DNA of 32,000 nucleotides, taken from contig NC_014034.1 of the NCBI RefSeq assembly GCF_000021865.1, forward strand, positions 3,330,001 to 3,362,000, written 5' to 3'. The position numbers and the translations under genes were made by a program. The notes below the pieces were generated by a model that was not told where the DNA came from, searched no databases, and saw only the letters and a list, made by a program, of their open reading frames with translations. This document shows, piece by piece, positions 26,039 through 32,000 of the stretch (position 1 is its first letter; each line of letters opens with the position of its first letter). This DNA comes from Rhodobacter capsulatus SB 1003 (GTDB lineage Bacteria > Pseudomonadota > Alphaproteobacteria > Rhodobacterales > Rhodobacteraceae).

Positions 26039-28231
26039 TTGGGCAGCCTCATTCTTCTTTCGCTTTTCCCGGTCCTTCTTGTGGGGCTGGCCATCAACGG
26101 GCAGGATGACGACGAGGACGGAGCCGCCGCCCCCGCGCACAAGATCTTCGGCGACGACGACGCCAACGAGATCGAGGGCACCGACGGCCGGGACTTCATC
26201 GACGGCGGTCATGGCCATGACACGATCGATGGCGGGCTGGGCAACGACACGCTGCGCGGCAATCTGGGCGCCGACGAGCTGACCGATTTCTTCGGCGCGA
26301 ACACGCTGCACGGCGGCTACGGCTATGACCATCTGACCGCGCTGGATGCCAAGGGCGGGGCCTCCGACCTGCTCGACGGCGGCGGCAACAATGACACGCT
26401 TCTGGGCGATGACGGCGACACGCTGCTGGGTGGCGACGGCACCGATTACTTCCGCGCCTACTGGACGCCGGGCAGCACCGCCCTGACGCTGAGCGACTTC
26501 GATCCGGCCGGCGGCGAGCGTTTCTCGATCGAGATCGATGACGCCGTGACCGAGGAGACGGACTTCCACCTCGAGGCCATCGAAGGCGGGGTGAACCTGA
26601 TCCTCGACGGCGAGACCGTCGCCTGGTTCGAGGGCGGCGACATCGCGGCGCTGGCCCCCGCGGTGACGCTGACCCAGACCGACAGCGACAGCAGCCTGCA
26701 CCCGACGATCCCGGGCGAGGACGAGACCGGCACCGAGAATGCGGACGATCTGCAGGGCACGGAGGCCGATGACAGCATCGACGGTCTGGCCGGGAACGAC
26801 ACGCTGGACGGTCTGGCGGGGGCCGACACGCTGTCGGGCGGGGCGGATGACGACAGTCTGGACGGCGGCGCCGACAATGACGCGCTGGCGGGCGATGACG
26901 GGGCCGACACGCTCGCGGGCGGCGCGGGTGACGACACGCTGGCGGGCGGGGCAGGCAATGACGCGCTGGCGGGCGATGACGGGACCGACAGCCTTGCGGG
27001 CGGCGCGGGCGATGACACGCTGGACGGCGGGGCGGGCAATGACGCGCTGGCGGGCGATGACGGGACCGACAGCCTTGCGGGCAGTGCGGGCAATGACACG
27101 CTCGACGGCGGCGCCGGGAATGACGCCCTGACCGGCGGCGACGGAACCGACAGCCTTGCGGGCGGCGCGGGCAATGACACGCTCGACGGCGGCGCCGGGG
27201 AAGACAGCCTTGACGGCGGCGCAGGCGACGATGCGCTCGCGGCGGGGTCCGGCGACGTGATGACCGGCGGCGCGGGGCGCGATTCCTACGACATCACCTG
27301 GAGCCCGGGCGACGCGCCGCTGACGCTCACCGATTACGGCGACCTCACCGGCGCGGCGGCGGGAAGCTTCGAGACGGTGCTGATCCGCGACGAGGCTTTC
27401 ACCGCCGACATGGAATTCCGGCTCGACACCGTCGAGGGCGGCGTGGTGGCGATCGTCGATGGCGAGACCGTGGCCCTGTTCCGGGGCGCCGATCTTGCGA
27501 CCCTGTCCGAACACCTGACGCTGCAGGATGCCGCCGACAACAGCTACACGCCGGATCTGCCCACGCCCACGATCCACGGCACCGATGATCCCGACACCCT
27601 GACCGGCACCGAGGCCGACGAGGCGATCTATGCCCATCTGGGCGCCGATACGGTGGTGGCGGGCGCGGGCAATGACACCGTCTCGGGCGGCTATGGCGCC
27701 GACAGTCTCAACGGTCAGGACGGCAATGACAGCCTCTTGGGCGGGGCGCAGAATGACAGCCTTGACGGCGGGGCGGGCAACGATTCGCTGCTGGGCGAAG
27801 ACGGCGACGACCGGCTGAGCGACCTGAGCGGCGCGGATCTGCTGGATGGCGGCGCGGGCGACGATCTTGTGATCGCCACCGACGACCCGACCTCGACGGC
27901 GGCCGACACGCTGCTGGGCGGCGCGGGCAATGACACGCTGGTCGGCGACCTGCTCGACACGATGACCGGCGGCGCGGGCACGGATGTCTTCACCACCGGC
28001 TTCACCGCGACCGAGACCCCCTCGCCCGAGGTCGTCGTGGTGACCGATTTCACCGTCGGCACCGACCGTCTGGTGCTGGAGGACGTGCCCGCGGATGCGG
28101 TGATCAGCATCATCGATCGCGACCTGGGGGCCGTGGTCCGGGTCAATGGCGAAGATGCCTTCCGGCTGCACGGCGTTGCCGCCGCCGACATCACGCTCGA
28201 CATGATCACCGTCAACACCGCCGCGGCCTGA
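26039..28231 (+). CDS. RTX-type Ca2+-binding repeat protein with N-terminal TM anchor (three repeat-block + beta-module units)
   Basis: Many GGxGxDxUx nonapeptides ([27 protein letters not shown]...). There is no in-frame ATG near the 5' end, so I chose TTG 26039, 7 nt after SD AGGAG (26027-26031). The track starts at TTG 25958. N-terminus [18 protein letters not shown] is hydrophobic. The C-terminal part resembles a T1SS-target-type module ([13 protein letters not shown]). Confidence 0.85.
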   Translation: MGSLILLSLFPVLLVGLAINGQDDDEDGAAAPAHKIFGDDDANEIEGTDGRDFIDGGHGHDTIDGGLGNDTLRGNLGADELTDFFGANTLHGGYGYDHLTALDAKGGASDLLDGGGNNDTLLGDDGDTLLGGDGTDYFRAYWTPGSTALTLSDFDPAGGERFSIEIDDAVTEETDFHLEAIEGGVNLILDGETVAWFEGGDIAALAPAVTLTQTDSDSSLHPTIPGEDETGTENADDLQGTEADDSIDGLAGNDTLDGLAGADTLSGGADDDSLDGGADNDALAGDDGADTLAGGAGDDTLAGGAGNDALAGDDGTDSLAGGAGDDTLDGGAGNDALAGDDGTDSLAGSAGNDTLDGGAGNDALTGGDGTDSLAGGAGNDTLDGGAGEDSLDGGAGDDALAAGSGDVMTGGAGRDSYDITWSPGDAPLTLTDYGDLTGAAAGSFETVLIRDEAFTADMEFRLDTVEGGVVAIVDGETVALFRGADLATLSEHLTLQDAADNSYTPDLPTPTIHGTDDPDTLTGTEADEAIYAHLGADTVVAGAGNDTVSGGYGADSLNGQDGNDSLLGGAQNDSLDGGAGNDSLLGEDGDDRLSDLSGADLLDGGAGDDLVIATDDPTSTAADTLLGGAGNDTLVGDLLDTMTGGAGTDVFTTGFTATETPSPEVVVVTDFTVGTDRLVLEDVPADAVISIIDRDLGAVVRVNGEDAFRLHGVAAADITLDMITVNTAAA
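26876..27199 (+). repeat. 4 tandem copies of an 81-bp unit (27 aa = 3 RTX nonapeptides) inside the RTX gene
   Basis: Copies start at 26876, 26957, 27038 and 27119. Copies 2 and 3 share an identical 45-nt stretch: aatgacgcgctggcgggcgatgacgggaccgacagccttgcgggc. Confidence 0.9.
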
Positions 28232-28253
28232 ACGGCCGACCGGGACATGGCGC

Positions 28254-28284
28254 AAGGCCCCGCTCCGGCGGGGCCTTTTCGCTT
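28254..28284 (+). terminator. intrinsic terminator after the RTX gene
   Basis: AAGGCCCCGC-TCCG-GCGGGGCCTT followed by TTCGCTTTCG. Confidence 0.6.
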
Positions 28285-28426
28285 TCGTGACGGCACCGGC
28301 GCCAATCCCCGTCCTAGCGGCGCATGGTTACCAAAGCGTTGACAGTGCCATGCCGATGCCGCGGCGAATCCCTTGCCGACCCCCGGCCGCGCCGTCATGG
28401 TTCCGACAGGAACGGAGGATTTCCCG

Positions 28427-28780
28427 ATGCTGGCGCTGTTCATCGCCGTCTCTGCCGCACTGGCGCTTGTGGTCTGGGCCGAATGGCGCGACCCATCCCT
28501 GCCGCGCGCGCAAACCGCCGGACGGCCCGCCACCGCAGGGTCCCCCGTCCCGGCGGCCTTCGCCGGGGATCTGCCCCGGATCATCGGCTTCCGCCCGGGC
28601 GACGTGATCGAGCTGGAAATCGAGGGCCCCCTGCCCCGCCCCGAAGAGCTGCACTTCGACCAGATCGGACAGGATGCGCGGCTGGTCCTCGACGGCCTGC
28701 CCGCGCTGATCTTCGAAGGCGTTCCGGCCCGCACCCTGCGGCCCGCACAGATCCGTTTCCGCAGTCCGCAGGCGGCCTGA
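28427..28780 (+). CDS. small membrane-anchored protein (117 aa) carrying one copy of the non-RTX module found in the upstream RTX protein
   Basis: ATG 28427 has SD GGAGG (28414-28418). N-terminal TM is MLALFIAVSAALALVVWAEW. The C-terminal IIGFRPGDVIELEIEG...LHFDQIGQDARLVLDGLPALIFEGV resembles [17 protein letters not shown]...[25 protein letters not shown] in the RTX protein. Confidence 0.6.
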   Translation: MLALFIAVSAALALVVWAEWRDPSLPRAQTAGRPATAGSPVPAAFAGDLPRIIGFRPGDVIELEIEGPLPRPEELHFDQIGQDARLVLDGLPALIFEGVPARTLRPAQIRFRSPQAA

Positions 28781-28795
28781 CCGGCCCGGCGGACG

Positions 28796-28835
28796 AAAAA
28801 GCCCCGGGCAGGGCTGGCCCGGGGCTTTTTATTTT
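28796..28835. terminator. bidirectional intrinsic terminator between convergent genes
   Basis: AAAAA-GCCCCGGGC-AGGGCTG-GCCCGGGGC-TTTTTATTTT. Confidence 0.65.
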
Positions 28836-28851
28836 CCGGCGTGCCGGCGGA

Positions 28852-29712
28852 TCAGATCGCCGCCTTGCGCCCTTCTTCCAGATAGATTTCCCGCAGCCGC
28901 TTGGCCACCGGGCCGACGGCACCGCCGTTCAGCGCCACGCCATCCACCTCGACGACCGGCATCACGAAGGCCGAAGCCGAGGTGAAGAACGCCTCGTCGG
29001 CGGCCTGGGCTTCGGCGATGGTGAAGGGGCGTTCCTCGATCTCCATCTGCGCCTCGGCGGCGTATTTCAAAAGCGAGGCCCGGGTGATGCCGTGCAGGAT
29101 GTCGTTCGACAGCTCGCGGGTGATGATCTTGCCACCCTTGACGATATAGGTGTTGTTCGACGAGCCCTCGGTCACGAACCCGTCCTCGACGAACCAGGCG
29201 TCATGCTTGCCCGCGGCTTCGGCGGCCATCTTCGCCATCGACGGGTAAAGCAGCTGCACCGTCTTGATGTCGCGGCGATGCCAGCGCAGATCCGGGATCG
29301 AGACGACCTTGATGCCGGTCTTCGCCTTCGGATCCTCGGCCAGACCCGGCTTCGACTGGGTGTAAAGCACGATCGTCGGCGGCGTCCCCGCGGGCGGGAA
29401 GTGGAAATCGCGGTCGCCCGCATTGCCGCGGCTGACCTGCAGATAGATCATGCCATCGACCAGATTGTTGCGCGCGATCAGCTGGCGGTGGATCTCCAGC
29501 CACTCTTCGCGGCTCAGGTTGCCGGTCATCTGCAGCTCCGCCATCGAGCGGGCCAGACGGGCCAGATGGCCTTCGAATTCCAGGATCTTGCCCTCAAGAA
29601 CCGAGGTCACTTCGTAGACGGCATCGCCCATCACGAAGCCACGGTCAAAGATCGAGACCTTGGCCTCTTCCTCGGGCAGATACTCGCCATTCAGGTAAAC
29701 GGTGCGGCTCAT
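28852..29712 (-). CDS. dat: D-amino-acid aminotransferase (class IV PLP aminotransferase)
   Basis: MSRTVYLNGEYLPEEEAKVSIFDRGFVMGDAVYEV...EGSSNNTYIVKGGKIITRE is typical fold-type IV. SD GAGGAGG overlaps the stop of the upstream gene. Confidence 0.8.
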   Translation of the reverse strand: MSRTVYLNGEYLPEEEAKVSIFDRGFVMGDAVYEVTSVLEGKILEFEGHLARLARSMAELQMTGNLSREEWLEIHRQLIARNNLVDGMIYLQVSRGNAGDRDFHFPPAGTPPTIVLYTQSKPGLAEDPKAKTGIKVVSIPDLRWHRRDIKTVQLLYPSMAKMAAEAAGKHDAWFVEDGFVTEGSSNNTYIVKGGKIITRELSNDILHGITRASLLKYAAEAQMEIEERPFTIAEAQAADEAFFTSASAFVMPVVEVDGVALNGGAVGPVAKRLREIYLEEGRKAAI

Positions 29713-29724
29713 GCGCGTTCCTCC

Positions 29725-30687
29725 TCAGCCCCAGAGCCCCGGCTCGGGGGGACAAATCCTTCCGTCCGCATAGCGCAGCGGGCTTTCGCGGTCTTGGGCC
29801 AGAAGCAGGGGCCCGTCAAGATCGACATAGGCCGCACCCTGCGCCACAAGGGTCGCGGGCGCCATCGCCAGCGACGATCCGACCATGCAGCCGACCATCA
29901 CGCCATAGCCTTCGGCCAAGGCCGCTTGGCGCAGGGCCAGCGCCTCGGTCAGCCCGCCGGTCTTGTCGAGCTTGATGTTCACAAGATCGTATTTGCCCTG
30001 CAGATGCGACAACGACTTGCGGTCATGGCAGCTTTCATCGGCACAGACCGGCACCGGCCGGGCCAGACCGATCAGCGCCTCGTCATCGATCGCGGGCAAG
30101 GGCTGCTCGACCATGGCGACGCCCAGCCGCACCAGATGCGGCGCCAGATCGGCGTAAACCTCCGCCGACCAGCCCTCGTTCGCATCGACGACGATCACCG
30201 ATTTCGGCGCCCCCGCCCGCACAGCCTCAAGCCGCGGCATGTCATCGGGGGTGCCCAGCTTGATCTTCAGGATCGGCCGATGCGCATTCTTCGCGGCCGC
30301 GGCCCGCATCTGCTCGGGCTCGGCCAAGGAGAGCGTGTAACAGGTGACTTCCGGCCCGGGCGCGGAAAGCCCCGCCAGTTCCCAGACCCGTTTCCCCGCG
30401 GCTTTCGCCTCCAGATCCCAGAGCGCGCAATCCACCGCATTGCGCGCCGCCCCGGGCGGCAGGGCATCGTAAAGCGCCGCGCGGGTGATCCCCTCGGGCA
30501 GGCCCTCGATCTGTGCCGTCACGCTGTCCAGGCTTTCGCCATAGCGCGCGTAGGGCACGCATTCGCCCCAGCCGGTCACGCCCCCGCGCGTGATCCGCAC
30601 CGTCAGCACCTTCGCCTCGGTCCGCGAGCCGCGCGAGATGGTGAACACCTCGGCCAGCCGGAACGTGTCGGCCGTTACGGAAATCAT
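29725..30687 (-). CDS. enolase-superfamily dipeptide-epimerase-like protein (L-Ala-D/L-Glu epimerase family; possibly N-acetyl-D-glutamate racemase DgcA)
   Basis: 320 aa from ATG 30687: MISVTADTFRLAEVFTISRGSRTEAKVLTVRITRGGVTGWGECVPYARYGES...KIKLG...VDANEGW...VEQPL...ADES...NIKLDKTGG carries the MR/MLE-type metal-ligand pattern. The upstream 122 codons of the track ORF are discarded. Confidence 0.8.
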   Translation of the reverse strand: MISVTADTFRLAEVFTISRGSRTEAKVLTVRITRGGVTGWGECVPYARYGESLDSVTAQIEGLPEGITRAALYDALPPGAARNAVDCALWDLEAKAAGKRVWELAGLSAPGPEVTCYTLSLAEPEQMRAAAAKNAHRPILKIKLGTPDDMPRLEAVRAGAPKSVIVVDANEGWSAEVYADLAPHLVRLGVAMVEQPLPAIDDEALIGLARPVPVCADESCHDRKSLSHLQGKYDLVNIKLDKTGGLTEALALRQAALAEGYGVMVGCMVGSSLAMAPATLVAQGAAYVDLDGPLLLAQDRESPLRYADGRICPPEPGLWG

Positions 30688-30757
30688 CTTCCGCCCCTTT
30701 ATCTTGCCCCAAATATCCTCGCCGGAGGCTCCGCCCCCGGCAGGCAGCGCCAAGCTC

Positions 30758-31765
30758 TCAGATCGCGGCGAGCGCGTCCACCAGCTTCTCGGCGCCGAAG
30801 CGGAAGGGATCGGTGGTGGGCAGGCCCATCTCGGCCTCGACCTTGGCCAGATAGGCGCGGGCCTCGGCCTCGGGCATGTTCTGGGTGTTGATCGAGATGC
30901 CCACGACCTTGCAGGCCGGGTTCGCCACCTTCGCCACCTGCAGCGCCAGATCGCGCAGCGCGTCAAGGCCCGGCAGCTGATAGCCCGGCAGGCCGCGCAT
31001 ATGGGCCCGGGTCGGTTCGTGGCACAGCACCAGCGCATCGGGTTGCCCGCCATGCACCAAAGCCATCGTCACGCCGGAATAGCTGACGTGGAAGAGGCTC
31101 CCCTGCCCCTCGATCAGATCCCAGTGATCGGCGTCATTGTCGGGCGTCAGCCATTCCACGGCCCCCGCCATGAAGTCCGCAATCACCGCATCAAGCGGCA
31201 CGCCGTCGCCGGTGATCAGGATCCCGGTCTGCCCGGTGGCCCGGAACGTCGCCTTCATCCCGCGCGCGCGCATCTCTTTTTCCATGCAAAGCGCGGTATA
31301 CATCTTGCCGACCGAGCAATCGGTGCCCACGGCCAGCATCCGCTTGCCGGTCCGCTTCACGCCGTTGGCGATCGGATAGTCCACCGTCGGCACCCGCACG
31401 TCATGCAGCTGCCGCCCGCAGGCCTTCGCCACGGCGACCAGATCTTCCTCGTCACGAAGCAGGTTGTGCAGCCCCGAAGCCAGATCGAAGCCCTCTTCCA
31501 GCGCCATGATCAGCACCTTTTTCCAGGCCTGCGAGATCACGCCGCCGCGGTTTGCCACGCCGATCACCAGCGTCTTGCAGCCCGCGGCCTTGGCGGTGGC
31601 CAGGTTCATCTCGGGCAGGCCCAGATCGGCCTTGCAGCCCTCCATCCGGTATTGGCCGACGGCATATTCCGGCCGCCAGTCCTTGATGCCCTGCGCGACT
31701 TTCGCGGCCAGCTGGTCGGGCGCATCACCCAGGAACAGCAGATAGGGGGTTTCGATCAGCGACAT
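30758..31765 (-). CDS. DUF1611-family protein (possibly D-glutamate N-acetyltransferase DgcN)
   Basis: 335 aa from ATG 31765: MSLIETPYLLFLGDAPDQLAAKVAQGIKDWRPE...LVIGVANRGG...AVGTDCSVGKMYTAL is a P-loop-like DUF1611 pattern. It lies immediately upstream of the epimerase-like gene, a pairing recalled as recurrent. Confidence 0.7.
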   Translation of the reverse strand: MSLIETPYLLFLGDAPDQLAAKVAQGIKDWRPEYAVGQYRMEGCKADLGLPEMNLATAKAAGCKTLVIGVANRGGVISQAWKKVLIMALEEGFDLASGLHNLLRDEEDLVAVAKACGRQLHDVRVPTVDYPIANGVKRTGKRMLAVGTDCSVGKMYTALCMEKEMRARGMKATFRATGQTGILITGDGVPLDAVIADFMAGAVEWLTPDNDADHWDLIEGQGSLFHVSYSGVTMALVHGGQPDALVLCHEPTRAHMRGLPGYQLPGLDALRDLALQVAKVANPACKVVGISINTQNMPEAEARAYLAKVEAEMGLPTTDPFRFGAEKLVDALAAI

Positions 31766-32000
31766 GGGAACCTCGGCAGGTTGGAAAGGGTTTCGCAAGG
31801 TATGACGCGAGCAGCGCCGGATTTTCTTGGAAAGATAGCGCAGAACCGACAGAACTCGACACATTTCTTGCGCGACTTGCCGATTTCATCGCAGCTTCTT
31901 CCAAGTTTTCCGCGCGCTGCAAAATTCATCACCCTTTTGCCCCGATGCTGCAGGCGCAGAAATTCCTTGCACGCCGCAGCGCAACAATATATCGCAAACG

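Noticed and set aside
26100-28000. Highly repetitive DNA that might be a CRISPR array or a mobile repeat
   Set aside because: The repeats are in-frame 27-nt/81-nt periodicities encoding GGxGxDxUx Ca-binding nonapeptides within one long ORF. There is no repeat-spacer structure and there are no cas genes.

Overview
High-GC (about 65-68 %) alphaproteobacterial chromosome segment, Rhodobacter/Rhodobacteraceae-like judging from codon usage and the argD / ccl1(ccmF)-ccl2(ccmH) arrangement. About 30 real genes are tightly packed, and most are recognisable core functions. These are cytochrome c maturation (ccmF, ccmH), a crotonase, tRNA-Leu(UAA), an MsbA-type ABC exporter, an acyl-CoA synthetase, cspA, rimO, gabT with an Lrp-type regulator and a divergent MerR/XRE/cupin regulator. 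They continue with a META lipoprotein, a rhomboid protease, a GMC oxidoreductase, the rpmI-rplT-pheS-pheT cluster, pyruvate kinase, an N-formylglutamate-amidohydrolase-family protein, an RTX-type Ca-binding repeat protein, and a DUF1611 / enolase-superfamily / D-amino-acid aminotransferase operon. The very long ORFs in the supplied track that lie antisense to these genes (for example 905..4558-, 16767..21044+, 25835..28255-) are GC-driven artefacts. No CRISPR array, transposase, integrase or rRNA is visible. Five things are worth a second look. (1) A sharp ~0.8-kb AT-rich (about 40 % GC) single-gene insertion lies exactly between pheS and pheT and encodes an orphan 4-TM protein. This is the best candidate for something new. 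(2) A lower-GC (about 55 %) gene next to rimO encodes a 580-aa repeat (beta-helix-like) protein with a C-terminal membrane domain. (3) A GcrA-like ORF holds only the linker and C-terminal domain, and overlaps the odd out-of-frame-looking tail of the Lrp gene. (4) A three-module RTX-type protein is followed by a small membrane protein carrying a copy of the same non-RTX module, and contains 4 x 81-bp tandem repeats. (5) A regulator carries two different HTH domains plus a cupin. All family assignments come from reading the translations by eye; no searches were run.
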